Positions 1-12,089 of a DNA stretch of 64,000 nucleotides are shown here, one piece after another. The notes below the pieces were generated by a model. That model saw only the letters and a list, made by a program, of their open reading frames with translations. It was not told where the DNA came from and ran no database searches. The stretch is taken from assembly GCA_964016885.1 (NCBI GenBank), contig OZ024741.1, forward strand, positions 217,186,001-217,250,000, in the 5' to 3' direction. A program made the position numbers and the translations under genes. This DNA comes from Eledone cirrhosa. Its lineage: Eukaryota. Each line of letters opens with the position of its first letter. Position 1 is the first letter of the stretch.

Positions 1-11
1 ACAATTTATAG

Positions 12-212
12 TTGGTGGCCCTGAAGAGCGCCTTGGATTGTTGACTCTTAAAAGTCCCAGCAGCAGAGCTGTCAGCGAAGATGACTCCGATTAGAGGTGG
101 TGGCCCTTAGGTCCTTCACACCACTTTGGTGTGTCGTATTTGCTTTGCTTGTTATTTGAGATTGTAACCTAGAAAAGCATGTAACAGTCGGTGGCCACAA
201 AAAACGGCCTTG
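12..212 (-). promoter_or_regulatory. Cluster of four histone 3'-UTR stem-loop-like motifs
   Basis: Minus strand: CCAA-GGCCGT-TTTTT-GTGGCC-ACC (209-193); AA-GGACCT-A-AGGGCC-ACCAC (114-102); GGGACT-TTTA-AGAGTC-AACAA (58-43); TCCAA-GGCGCT-CTTC-AGGGCC-ACCAA (32-17). Consensus for comparison: CCAAA-GGYYCT-TTTN-AGRRCC-ACC. Confidence 0.55.
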
Positions 213-436
213 GCAAGATCACGCTGGAACATCAAAAAAATGTGTAAATAAGATGTAGGGAAAAGTAGATTAATCAGGTTAGAAAACGGAGACATTGAAC
301 ATTTATAATGTATAGCAAAAGCAACCTCAGAGGCATACGTGGTATTGTCAAAAGGACAAAAATAGCACACGGATACAGCAAATGTAAGCACTTATACAAA
401 AAAAAAACAGCGATTACTTGTTGGCGGATGGGGTGC

Positions 437-1533
437 CTACAAAACTTCCTTATAGACTATATTTTGGGTTTTCTCGCGAGTTGCAAATAGGTCATGTCGG
501 CTCCCCACTTGAGAGCAGCCAACATATAGTTGACTATGGGAGAAGCATGGTTCTTCTAAATTAAGCCCTACGACCGTCAGCGTCTGACCCTGTGATTTGT
601 TAATCGACATGGCGAAACTGAGCCGGAGAGGGAATTGCAGCCTTCTGAATGTGAAAAGAATGTCTTTACCGGATGGAATGAGAGGTATTCTTACATCCTG
701 TAAGTATTGTTGGCTCAATAACATGAGGCATCGCCTTTTGGACGACCAGACATGTGCTGTTGGAAAGCCTTTGGGGTTCCAAATTCCTGAGGAGCATGAC
801 AGGGTCACCTTTCTTAAGTCGCAGTAATCGGGGAGGGTCTAGGGAGTTAAGAAATTATGTGGGGTAATTAACAACTTCGTCTGGATCAGCCATAGTCAAG
901 GGACTTGTAGACGTGCAGGTTTCCAGGCAAGCACAGCGTAGTCGGAGGAGGGGTCGTAGTTAAAGGCCTTCAACAACCATCGTGAATTGCAAGTCCTAGA
1001 AATGCCATGTAACGATGATCGCCGCTGTTCACTTTGCAGAAGTTGGCCACATCTTTGCTCTCTGGTTTCAGTATTTTGTGCAGCAGCAGTGGCAGCAGCG
1101 TCCCTCCTTCGTCGAACGGCACGTCGTCCTTCATCCTCTCGAGTGCGAGCAGCGGCTGTTGCAGTGGCGTCCCCGCTTCGTCGAATGGCACGTTGTCCTT
1201 TATCTTCTTGAGCGTGAGCAGCGGCTGTTGCAGTGGCGTCCCTGCTTCATCGGACGGTACTTTGTGCTTCCTATCGCATGTGAGCAGTGGCAGTTGCAGT
1301 GGCGTCCCTGCTTCGTCGAACGGCACGTCGTCCTTCATCCTCGCAAGCAGCAGCAGTCGCGGCAGCATCTTTGTTCCCTCAATGTTCACGCCGACTGTCA
1401 CCCTCCTCCGCTCTTGCAGCTGCCGTCTGCACAGCATTCTGTGAGAGCCTGATCGCAGTCGTATTTACATTCGCTTAGACCTACTTGCATCATTATATAA
1501 TCGACCAATGACAGTTCTTTTCTTGGGGGGCAT
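437..1533 (-). pseudogene. Helitron RepHel remnant: N-terminus fused by deletion (~930) to the PIF1-type helicase C-terminus
   Basis: Starts MPPKKRTVIGR (ATG 1533), then R/A-rich repeats and AFNYDP. After the junction: LPGNLHVYKSLD..DEVVNYPT*FLNSLDPP and RRLQFPLRLSFAMSINKSQGQTL..PCFSHSQLYVGCSQV..TQNIVYKEVL*. Stops and frameshifts are present. Confidence 0.9.
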
Positions 1534-2559
1534 TGTTTTTAGAAAATTAACCAGGGAGAACGATAAATAGTGAACAAATAACGTTTAAGTAAGCAAATCT
1601 AAACACGGATATAAATTGGGGAAAAATGTGATAAATCTATGTGGTCTGAGAAAGTGGGTATGTTTTGCAAGATTTTGTGTACCAGTCAAATTTCAGGTTT
1701 TAAGTTAGGGGCAATACAGCGTACGGAATACCTTTGATAAAGGAAATTAAATATTGTGGCTACAGTGGTAGGTATATAAGTACGTATGTTTGTTCAGTTC
1801 GAACATAGCAATAAGTAAGTACTAACCATTGAAAGGATACAGGCAAAAATGGCCGAAAAATCACAGCATGATAAACTGGAACCTTATGACCATAAACACA
1901 TTAACTAAACCTCCTTTAAGGTGACAAATGTTGAAGAAGCATGCGTTTCAGAAACATGGGGTAGCTTATGAGAGTACGCATGTAAAAAAAACCTACCACT
2001 TGTCAAAAGCCCCGAAAGAAGTGTGATCCTAGGTTGGACTTGACTGATTTAAATAGGAGTAATTTCGCTCAACGAACAACACTCGAGTTGTCTGATTGAT
2101 TAGATAATACAAATAAGTGTGATGAAATCTATTGAACACAACTCACTGATGTGTGGTTGGCCAGAGGTCGCCATTTCGCACTTAATTGAACTGCAATTCA
2201 ATGGGGGAGACAACTGGGTGCAAAAACTAATCAATCATTTGCACAATCATTAGCACAATCAACATACAGCAGGCGTTAAAATTTACACCTGGGTTAAATC
2301 GCGCTTTCTTGGTTAGGAGTGTGAAATGACGCCAAAGTTCAAGGAAAAAATTTAACTCCCCATTCTGCACTTAATTGTGGTGCAATTACACGGGGGAGAC
2401 AACCGGGTGCAAAATTAAATTCAAACAAACTAAAGTTAAGTCAGAGGGATTTAAAAATTCGCTACTCCATTTGTAAGACATGAGTAACCGATGCGTCAAC
2501 TTTCGTTTAAATTGACTTTTATTTCCAGAAGTTGAAATACTTTGCTGTAACCATAATAT

Positions 2560-3600
2560 GAACTTTAAAAGTGCTTCAAAGGGGCTCACTGCCCTCCCTA
2601 GGGGGCTCCCTTACAAAATTCAAGTGATAACGAATGTATGGTGCTTTATCTTATGGCAGGCAATAACCATTTCGTTTAGTTTTTGTAAGAATCAAGTATA
2701 AACTCCCGAGGTTATGGTGCTTTTTATTGTGGCAGTTTGAACTTTTATAGATTAATGAATTGGGCTCATTGTCCCCGAGGGGGAACTCTTGCTGAATTGA
2801 AATGAAAGTAAATGTGCCTCACTGTATCTTCATCTGTAGTACATGAATAACAACTAAGTTGAAATTCGTTTTATTGGACTACCAATTATCGAAGCTATAA
2901 CGCTTTGCTGCATTACAATAGCCAAATTCAATAAATGACTCACCGGGGCTTACTGCCCCCTGGGGGTCCCCTTGTTTGTTCTGGGTATAGACAGTGTCTT
3001 CAACATCATCTTTAGGCAATGGGTAACCAATGTGTCCGGTAAAGTTAAAATCGAATGTAAACTTCAAAAGTTATCAGGTACAAATACAGTGTTAATGTGA
3101 ACTTCAATAGATAAGTCGAAGGGGCTTACTCCCCCCCCCCCGGGCCCCCTTCATAAGTTCAAGTAAAAGTTCATGTGTTCACCTTCCTTTATAAGCCATG
3201 GGTAACCAATACGTCTGGCTTCGTGAAAACCAAACACCAACTCAAGCAGTTATGACGTTTTGTTGCATTGATGATATCAACTTCAACATTCATCAAGTCG
3301 GTTTACTTCCCCCCATGGGGTCCCCTACCTGAATTTCTGCGCAAGTGCATGCCTGCAAATTTATTTGTAGGCCATAAGCAAACAAAAGATTAATTTTGGT
3401 GAAGATGGGAGCCAAACTGCAGGAATTATGGCGCCTTTATGCAGTAGTACTGCTGACTACAAACGAGAGGCTTAAGGGCGTTATCTGCCCCTGGGGGACC
3501 CCCACAATCGATGTATGGAAAAATAAAATAGCCTACAACACGTAATAAGACTTCAGAAAGCTATGTATGAAATTTGGTGCAAATCGGTTGTAAATTGTAG
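2560..3600. repeat. Diverged ~180-bp tandem repeats inside the Helitron 5' region
   Basis: GC-rich box GGGGCT(C/T)ACTGCCCCC..GGGGG(T/A)CCCC recurs at ~2581, 2762, 2945, 3121, 3300 and 3476. Confidence 0.75.
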
Positions 3601-3984
3601 AAATACATGCGGTTACACAGACACAGAGATCTTCTGTTTTATATATATATATAGATAAAAGTGTTAGGAGGGGCATCCAGCTGTAAAAATCCCAGCCAAA
3701 ATACAGTTCCATTTGAGCAAGGTGTGGCCTGGCTAACTGGCCAGACTTGTCATGACATGGATGCCCGTCTAACCCATGCAAGCATGGAAAATAAACATTA
3801 AACAGTGTTGGTGATTATGATGTATGTACATACGTGTGTGTATCATCATCATAATTTTTACATCTGTTTTTTCCACACATGGGTTGGACGGATCCTTTCA
3901 GCACAGCATCTCTCCACTCACTGCAGTCCTTTGTCATCTCTGTGAATCAGTTCTCAATGTGTGTGTGTATATATATATATATAT

Positions 3985-4275
3985 ATGCAGATGGTCAGGT
4001 CCTTATAGCTGAATCCATAAAAGAATTAGAACTAAGTTCTAACTATGGAAACAGAATTTGGAATCAAAAGGTCTGAGAGTAAACTTTGCCAAAACTAAAG
4101 TGCTAGTGAGTAGGAAAGAAGATAATACCCTGATTCCTTCAGCGAAATGGCCCTGCTCGATATATAAAAAGAAGAGTAGATCTATACTATGTGCACAATA
4201 TAAATATTGGGTACACAAGAGATGTAGTGGGATAATAGGCTAACTAACAGGAAGGGCAGACTTTGTACGTAGAAT
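3985..4275 (+). mobile_element. Degenerate RTE LINE fragment (RT end and zinc-finger region)
   Basis: ADGQVLIAESIKELE..ESKGLRVNFAKTKVLV..KWPCS..WVHKRCSGIIG matches the RTE ORF at 34407-36845. Confidence 0.8.
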
Positions 4276-4297
4276 ATATGTATCATCATCATTATTT

Positions 4298-4480
4298 TTG
4301 GCACTATCAGTAGAGGGTCAGACGCCATTCTTTCCAGCATAGTTACGTCCCTTTACGGTCTGAGTTCAAATCCCGTTGAGCTTAACTTTGCCTTTCATCC
4401 TTACCAGGTCGATAAAATAAAGTACCAGTAATGAACTGGGTATTTGCTGGCCTTGTGCCAAAAGTAGAAACAATTATTTT
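4298..4480 (+). mobile_element. tRNA-derived SINE with Deu/Nin-like central domain (family S1)
   Basis: GGCA.TATC.GTAGAG..GAGTTCAAATCC (A/B box-like), then TTTGCCTTTCATCC..GTCGATAAAATAAAGTACCAG and an ATT tail; more than 15 copies in the window. Confidence 0.75.
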
Positions 4481-4484
4481 TACG

Positions 4485-4960
4485 TTTGTTTTTCCATGTG
4501 TGCATTGGTTAGATGGGTTGTCTTCACAGCATCTCTCCATATGTTGCATTCCTTCATCATCTCTGAGTTTCGGTGACTTAAAGTCAGCTCTCACCACCTC
4601 TACCCAGTTTTCCTTGCTCTACTTCTACTATGGCTTCCTTCCACTGGTATTTCCTGGCACTTCTCCACCCAGTGATCATCATCCATGCACATCACATGTC
4701 CGTACTAATGCAATCTTCTCTTATGCACACCACTTTGGATTCCTCTTGACCCTAATTTATCCCTCAGACCATTCAAGCTCTGCCTTTCTCTCATATCTAC
4801 ATTGCACATCCAGCGAAGCATGGTTCCTTCATTTCTCTCCAGTCTATGCATGTCCTCTGCAGTCACTGCCCATGTTTCACTACCATGTAGCGTCTTACGT
4901 AAGTGCATTTTGTTACACCAACATGAGGGACAATATCATGCCTTTCAATCAACTGTAGAG
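4485..4960 (-). mobile_element. Degenerate RTE LINE 3' fragment
   Basis: LHGSETWAVTAEDMHRLERNEGTMLRWMCNV.. followed by an RTE-like 3' tail. Confidence 0.8.
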
Positions 4961-4974
4961 TCCTCCTGACTTTT

Positions 4975-5135
4975 CTAAACTGGACACACACAGGGATACG
5001 GTGTACCTATTCTAAACCAGATACAGGAATATAGTGTACCTATTATAAACCAGATACATACAGAGGCATGGTGTACCTATTGTAAATCAGATACACACAG
5101 GGATACAGTGTACCTATTGTAAACTAAATATGCAG
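4975..5135. repeat. 36-bp minisatellite (same unit at 57690-57955 and inverted at ~12355-12520)
   Basis: Unit GATACACACAGGGATACAGTGTACCTATTGTAAACCA. Confidence 0.8.
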
Positions 5136-5454
5136 AGATGCAGTAACATTTAATGCAGTTGGCTAAACATTATTACCCCATTGATATGAGCCTAGACAGT
5201 ATTAGGGAGCGTTCTGGCATGTGAGAGCCTGGGTGCAGGCTACCTCGTTGTCCTAGCGGACAGAATGGAGAAAGTTAGCTATATTACCTGTAAATTGTTA
5301 TTTTCAAAATTATTTGAAAACCTATAGGCAGTGTTTTTCATTAGAAATATGGCATTGAAAGGGTTTAAATATTTTATATTTGTCTAAATAGCTTTTATCA
5401 TAATTTTATGTAAGAATCTTTGTTCCAAACACCATCTTTAGTTAGTTATATTAT

Positions 5455-5645
5455 GCTTCCTAAAATTTGCCAACCCTATACCTGATATTCCCCCTCCATA
5501 TACACCCACGCATGTTTGTGTGTGTGTCTGTGTGTATATCATAACTCGTTCACTTTCCTTACATTTTGTCCAGTATTCTATGTACTATACATGCACCTTT
5601 GGTGAGTTGCAGTGCACCTGAGCACTGTACACAATAATTTAAATT
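5455..5645 (+). mobile_element. CR1-group LINE 3' tail fragment
   Basis: Homologous to the 3' end of the LINE at 56830-57530 (TGTACTATACATGCACCTTTG..GTGCACC.GAGCACT.TACACAATAATTT). Confidence 0.65.
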
Positions 5646-5671
5646 ACTATTATCATTATTATATTATTAAA

Positions 5672-5980
5672 TAATTGTTTCTACGTTAAGCACAAGGCCA
5701 GCAATTACCCAGTGTATTACTGGTACTTTATTTTATCGACCCCGTAAGGATGAAAGGCAAAGTTAACCTCGGCGGGAATATATTATTAAATAATGATAAG
5801 GGCGGTGAATTGGCAGTATCAGGTTGGACATGCTTTCCAGCATAGTTACGTCGCTTTACGATCTCAGTTTAAATCCCGCCAAGGTTAACTTTGCCTTTCA
5901 TCCTTACGGGGTCGATAAAATATAGTACCAGTAATACACTGGGATAATTGCTGTGCCAAAAAGTAGAAACTATTATTATA
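5672..5980. mobile_element. Two S1 SINE copies in inverted orientation
   Basis: Minus copy at ~5672-5780 and plus copy at ~5797-5980, both with the GCCTTTCATCC..GTCGATAAAAT..GTACCAG core. Confidence 0.7.
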
Positions 5981-6894
5981 TTATTAAATCCTTCCAAATT
6001 CATATTCTCAAAATTATTTGAAAATCCTAGGCTTAGTTACATTACTAAATCCTTCGAAATTTATTTGACAATCATAGGCTGTGTCTTTCATTAGAAATAT
6101 TGTAAGGAAAGGGTTAATATCCTAAAGCAGGAGTGATGATGGAAACAGTTATAGTCATAGAGAAGCGGAGAACATTTACAATTCCACATATAGCTCCCTT
6201 CATAACTCCTCTCTTAAGGTAGAGGCGGGGTATTAACCCTTTCATTACCATATTTCTAATGAAAGACACAGCCTATGATTGTCAAATAAATTTCGAAGGA
6301 TTTAGTATTGTAACTTTCCCTAAAAAATGGTATTTAGAACATAAATATTCTTACATAAAATTATGATGTATACCATTTAAACTCCTTCGTTACCATATTT
6401 CTAATGAAAGACAGCCTATGGGTTTTCAAATAATTTTGAAAATAATCAGGAATTTGGGAGGAGTTAATAATATAACAAAGGTTCTTACATAAAATTATGA
6501 TGTAAGGTTTTTTAGATAAATATAAAACACTTTAATTTTTTGTTACCATATTTCTAATGAAATACACTACCTTTGATTTTCAAATAATTTTGAAAATAAC
6601 CAACAATTTACTGTGGTTAAATAATATAACTTTCACCATTGTTTAACGTCTATCTTCCACGCTAGCATGGGTTAGACGGGAATTGTCCCACTTGAGGCAA
6701 GATTGGTCGGGTGACCATGTCTCGCTTGTATAGGACTATCTGGGCAGGTTTTCTACGGCTGGATGCCCTTCCTAACACCAACCATATTTATAGTGTGGAG
6801 CTTTTTACTTTGTCGTTATTAAATTGGTGTTGGGAACATAACTTAATGGTTCTTACGTAAAGTTATCATTATCATACATTAATATATTCAGACT

Positions 6895-7600
6895 GGTGTC
6901 TTCACAGCTTTTCGGTCGTCGTATCTACTGACCATCTTCAGGGGAATTACTATACACTGATATATTCAGACCAGTGACCTCATCTTGGTTGTTGCAATCA
7001 CAGCATTTCAGCTGTTGTACTCTCCAGCCATCTTCAGAGGTATTACCATTATTGTGGGGTGGATTGGCAGTATCGGTACAGTGTCGGACATGCTTTATGG
7101 CATATAGTTACGCCCTTTTACGTTCTGAGTTCAAATCCTGCCAAAGTTAGCTTTGCCTTTTATATCCTTACAGGGTCATTAAGATATTGTACCAGTAATG
7201 CTCTGGGGTCGATTTAATCAACTTTCCCTTCCCCCAAAATTGTTGGCTTTGTACCTGCGGTGGATTGGCAGTATCGGTAGAGAGTCAGACACCATGCTTT
7301 GTAGCACAGTTATGGCCCTTTATGTCTTGTATTCAAATCCCGCCGAGGTTAACTTTACCTTTTGTTCTTATGGGGTCGATAAAATAATGCACCAGTAATG
7401 CACTGGCCATGTGCCAAAAGTAGAAACAATTATTATATACTTATATATTAAAACTAGTGACCTCATCTTGGTTGCTATAATCATAACATTTTGGCTGTTG
7501 TCGTTGTACTCTCTGGCCATCTTCAGAATAATTATCATTATTATACACTGTTATAGACAGAACATTTTAGCTGCTGTACCATCCAGTCATCTTCAGGTGC
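6895..7600 (-). ncRNA. Four degenerate minimal hammerhead ribozyme motifs (family A), interrupted by two S1 SINEs (~7055-7435)
   Basis: Minus strand CTGAAGA-T-GGTC..GACC-GAAA (core 6941-6935) and CTGAAGA-T-GGCTG..CAGCT-GAAA (7037-7031); more decayed copies at 7526-7520 and 7596-7590. Confidence 0.6.
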
Positions 7601-7809
7601 TAGTCATATTATATTATGTTCTTGGAATTTCAAAATACTTGCTGAAGAATATAAGCCGCCATCATCGTCATCACCAACATTTTGAGTCCATGTTGGCATG
7701 GGTTTGATAGGTCATCATGGTACAAGACAAGACAGACTGGATAACCACTTATTGCTCTTATATTCCATGTTTTAGCATGGATTCTACTGCTGGATGCCCT
7801 TCCTAAATG

Positions 7810-8170
7810 CCAACTTCTTTACAGAGTGGACTGGGTACATTTTATCATGGTACCAGCAGTAGAGAGATTGTCATGTCTTGGCTATATTGAAGATCCTTCT
7901 CTCCTCTATTTTCTCTGTTCAATCACCAACCACCTTACTGGGTGTGTTTTACAGAGTATACTGAATGTATTTTATCTTGGCACCAGCACTACCACTTTAC
8001 AGAGTGTACTGGATACATTTTATCATGTCACCAGCGCTACCACTTTACAGTGTGGACTGGGTAAATTTTAGCATGGCACCAGCAGAGTGTACTGGGTGTA
8101 TTTTAATGTCATCAGTCCAACCACTTTACAGAGTGTACTGGGTGTATTTTATCTTGGCACCAGCACTAGA
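7810..8170. repeat. ~45-bp minisatellite related to the RTE 3' UTR
   Basis: Repeated CCACTTTACAGAGTGTACTGGGT..TTTTATCATGGCACCAGC following an RTE tail at ~7660-7810. Confidence 0.65.
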
Positions 8171-8369
8171 GAGAATATCCAGTCATTGAGAATACTTGAC
8201 ACCCTCTCTGTCTTAGTTCATTCATGATTCACCTTACAGAAAGTGCTTTCTATTGCGCTACCTGTACTAGAGAGATTGTTCTGTCCACTGCAGGATAAAA
8301 AGGGGATCTCTCAACTCCATGTTGTCTCCAATCTCTCAACATATTCACTTTTAACGTTGCAGTCCTTGT

Positions 8370-9070
8370 ACTGGTGAGCAGATCTTTTTAACAGGGCAAG
8401 TTACCAATCATCAAGATCCTGTGTCATCTCCTTGGTGAGGTTCAGTTACTTGGTTGTAATGTTTGTACTGGTGCACAGGTTGTTTTTAGCACAGTGAGTT
8501 GCCAGTCATTACTGTCCTATGTTGTCGCTTTGATGAGCAGGTCAATAATTAGTGCCACAGTACTTGTACTGGTGGGCAGGTTTTTCTAACATGGTGAGCC
8601 ACCGATCATCTCTGTCCTGTGTTGTCTCCTTGGTGGGCAGGTCTTTTCTAACATGGTGAGCCACTGATCATCTCTGTCCTGTGTTGTCTCCTTGGTGGGC
8701 AGGTCTTTTCTAACACAGTGAGCCACTGATCATCGCTGTCCTGTCTTGGTGAGCAGGTCTTTTCTAACACAGTAGATCACCAGTCATCACTGTCTTGTGT
8801 TCTTTTTGGTGGGCAGGCCTTTTCTAGCAGTACAGGTCACCAGTCATCACGAACCTGCATTATCTCCTTGGTGAGCAGGCCTTTTATAATACAGTCAGCG
8901 ACCAATCATCACAATCTTGTGTTATCTCCTTGGTGGGCAGGTCTTTTCTAGCACAGTAGGTCACCAGTCATCATAATCTTATGTTATTTCCTTGATGGGT
9001 GGGTGTTTTTGTTGTAAAGGAACAGGTCACCAGTCATCACAATCATAAGTTAGCTCCTTGGTGAGGTTCA
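8370..9070. repeat. ~55-60-bp degenerate minisatellite
   Basis: Unit GGTGGGCAGGTCTTTTCTAACA..GAGCCACTGATCATC.CTGTCCTGTGTTGTCTCCTT, about 12 copies. Confidence 0.75.
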
Positions 9071-9745
9071 ACCTGTTGAGGTTATTCTTACAACACAAAT
9101 TATTCAGTGAACTAATATGTTTCTTAGTTATCTTGATATTTTCTACATGAAATAGGTTACTTACACTGACTTAACTCTTTTCCTACCATATTGCTCTGCC
9201 TTTAATCTTAAAAAAAAATTTTTTTTTAACATTTTAACCGACTGTATCTGGTTAAGAATTCTCTCACCTCTTTCTGTTCAAACCAGCCATAACCGGCTGC
9301 TCAAACTGACTTTAAGGTATTGTTCTCAAAATAAATATCAAAATCTCATAGATTCGGTATTATGTGAAATAAAGTGTTTACCTTGAACATACAATAGTAT
9401 ATATAGAGTAGTGTAAATGCTAAAGGGTTAAAATATAATCAAAATTTGTTTTATAGACTATGTATTGTCATACCTAAGTTGTCCCCAGCTCCCATGAAAC
9501 AATCCTACAATCACTGCTATCTCCTGCAGTGATAGCTTTCTGTCCACATGGATAGCAAGACTGACATCAAATGCCAAGGAGCTGGGCCTTCAATCTATGC
9601 CAGATTGGTAAAATAGAAATTAAAATAAGGATGGTTATGAATAACATTACTATCATAGTTACTTTTCTACTTGCTATTTAGATATTAAAAGAAGCTGATT
9701 GGTATGAACCTAGCTCTTCAAATGAAAATAATCAATTCCCATTAA

Positions 9746-9955
9746 CCCTTTAGCATTCACATTACTCTATATATACTATTATATTTTCATGGTAAAGGCT
9801 TTACCTCGCATAATTATCTCACATAATATCGAATCTATGAGATCTTGAAAGTATTTATTTTAAGAACGATACCTTAATATCAGTTTGAGCAACCAGTTAC
9901 AGCCAGTTTCAACAGAAAGAGGTAGAGAATTCTGGCCGGTTTGAACATTAAAGGG
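9746..9955. mobile_element. ~210-bp MITE with TTAA target site and CCCTTT..AAAGGG ends (piggyBac-like); relatives at ~9170-9430, 10050-10230, 12545-12750, 13270-13482 and 62540-62660
   Basis: TTAA|CCCTTTAGCATT ... ATTAAAGGG|TTAA; internal AAACCGGC..AGAATTCTCTCACCTCTT motif shared among copies. Confidence 0.7.
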
Positions 9956-10789
9956 TTAAAGGGGTTTAGTAAAATAACTAACTTGTTCATTATGAAGCTG
10001 GTGTTTCGAGTACAACTTAACCCTTTTGATACCAAAACCACCCATTTTAATCCTTTAGCATTTAAACCGGCTGTATCTGGCCAGACTTCTCTCACCTCTT
10101 TCTGTTCAAACTGGTTTTAACCAGCTGCTCATACTTATGTTAAAGTATTGTTTTCAAAATCTTAAAGATTCGATATTGTGTGAGGTAAAGCCTTTACTGT
10201 GAAAATATAGAGTAATGTAAATGGTAAAGGGTTAAAGCGTTCCTATTTAAATATATATCTTCCAACAAAATACTATATAAAAGCTATTTCATTTCTAGAA
10301 CCAGAGACAGTTTCAAGCAGTTTGGTGACTGAAACATTTTCAGTGATTTACTGAAATTATTAATTATTTCATTACTATGATAGTAATTTAATAAGTTTAA
10401 TAAATCACTCAAATTTCTTCATTCACCCTTTTGATAACAAATTGCTTGGAATTGCCCCTGGTTCTACAATACAAATTCATATTTAAGTGTTTATATTTAT
10501 CTAAAAACCTATCATTACTTTATGTAAGAACCTTTACGTTATATTAAAAATACAAATCTTCCAACATGAATTCTTTATAAGAACCATATGTTTTAAGTTA
10601 CTATCTTAGTAATTAATAATTTTGGTAAATTCATAAAAATTCTTTATAAATTAATTGAAATAGAGTGCATTTCAGATATTTCGTTAGGTATACAACCTTA
10701 GACGGGTTAATTAACAAAGATTCTTACATGAAATCACATCAGAAAGATAAATATGAATACATGAAAATAGTTTTGTATCATCGAACCCC

Positions 10790-10913
10790 CCACCACCACA
10801 CACACACACTCACTCATTCACATAGTAACACTCATACTGACTCTGGAGTCACACACTCAGACATGCACCCACACATTTATGCACACAAATACTCCCTCAA
10901 TCACAGAGACACT

Positions 10914-10952
<39 letters not shown>

Positions 10953-11272
10953 TCATTTACATAGTCACACTCAGACTCTCTGGAGTCGCACACATTCACA
11001 GACATGCACACATACGCATAAACACTCCCTCATACACACACTCACTCACTCATACATACATTCACAGACATGCACCCACGCATTCATGCACACTTTCACA
11101 CATGTGCACAAACACAGACACAAACACTCCCTCATATAGACATTTACACACACACACACACTCACAAACACACTCACAAACACACTCACAAACATACACA
11201 CATACAGAAACACACACTCCCAGACACACACACACATTCACAGACATACACATGGAGACACACACACAGACA
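10790..11272. repeat. (CA)n-rich compound microsatellite
   Basis: CACACA/CTCACA runs; the overlapping ORFs are low-complexity artefacts. Confidence 0.9.
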
Positions 11273-11882
11273 GTGATTAATAACTATGCTAGTGTACAGT
11301 TAGTTATTAAATAAATTCTGCCATAAGCAAGTAGATCTAGAAAATTCTGTGTAAACCAAATATATTTTTATATTTACTGTAAGGAGGTCACCACATTCTC
11401 AGAACTATGTTATTTACGCTGCCTATATTAAATATACTTTCTCTCTTTCTCTCTCTGATACATACATAAATACTTTATATATATATATATAATGTAGCTT
11501 TATTTTATTGATTTTTACCATTCCTATGGTTTATCTGTGGCTTGTATTTGCAGGTGCCTCTAGTTTTTAAAACCATTTTTCTTTCAACCCTTTCGGTACC
11601 ATATTCCTGATAAACCCTGCCTATGGTTTTCAAATGATTTGTGAAATAATAAAGAATTTGGAGGGATTTACAATGTAAACATTACTAACAGTTTATGTTT
11701 GGAACATAACTTAAGAAAGGTTCTTACATAAAATTATAATGAAAAGTTTTTTGATAAATAGAAACACCTTTTCATTACCATATTTCTAATGCTTGGGCAC
11801 CTCTTTGATTTAGTAGATCCTATTGATCTTATTACGTATTTCCTCAAATCTGGTACCTATTTTTTTTTTCTCAAATCGTTAA

Positions 11883-12089
11883 CCCTTTCGCATTTAAACT
11901 GGCCATATCTGGCCAGAATTCTCTCACCTCTCTCTGTTCAAACTAACCATAACTGGCCACTCATACTGATGTTAAGGTATTGTTCTCAAAATAAATATCA
12001 AAATCTCATAGATTCGATATTGAGATAATTGTGAGGTAAAGCCTTTACCATGAAAATACAATAGTATATATAATGTAAATGGTAAAGAG
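11883..12089. mobile_element. TTAA-flanked MITE, same family as 9746-9955
   Basis: TTAA|CCCTTTCGCATTTAAAC ... AATGGTAAAGAG|TTAA. Confidence 0.7.

Larger units (their letters stand above)
1..3655 (-). mobile_element. Helitron, internally deleted, non-autonomous; 3' end lies beyond window start
   Basis: Minus strand begins A|TCTATATATATATATAAAACAG at 3655, a typical Helitron 5' TC terminus after a host A. It is followed by subterminal tandem repeats and a degenerate RepHel ORF. Confidence 0.8.

Noticed and set aside
17-60. CTGAAGAG on the plus strand as a hammerhead core
   Set aside because: No stem II followed by GAAA; better explained as the reverse complement of a histone-type stem-loop.
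970-1452. Overlapping repetitive ORFs as host genes
   Set aside because: Alternative frames of the Helitron N-terminal repeat region.
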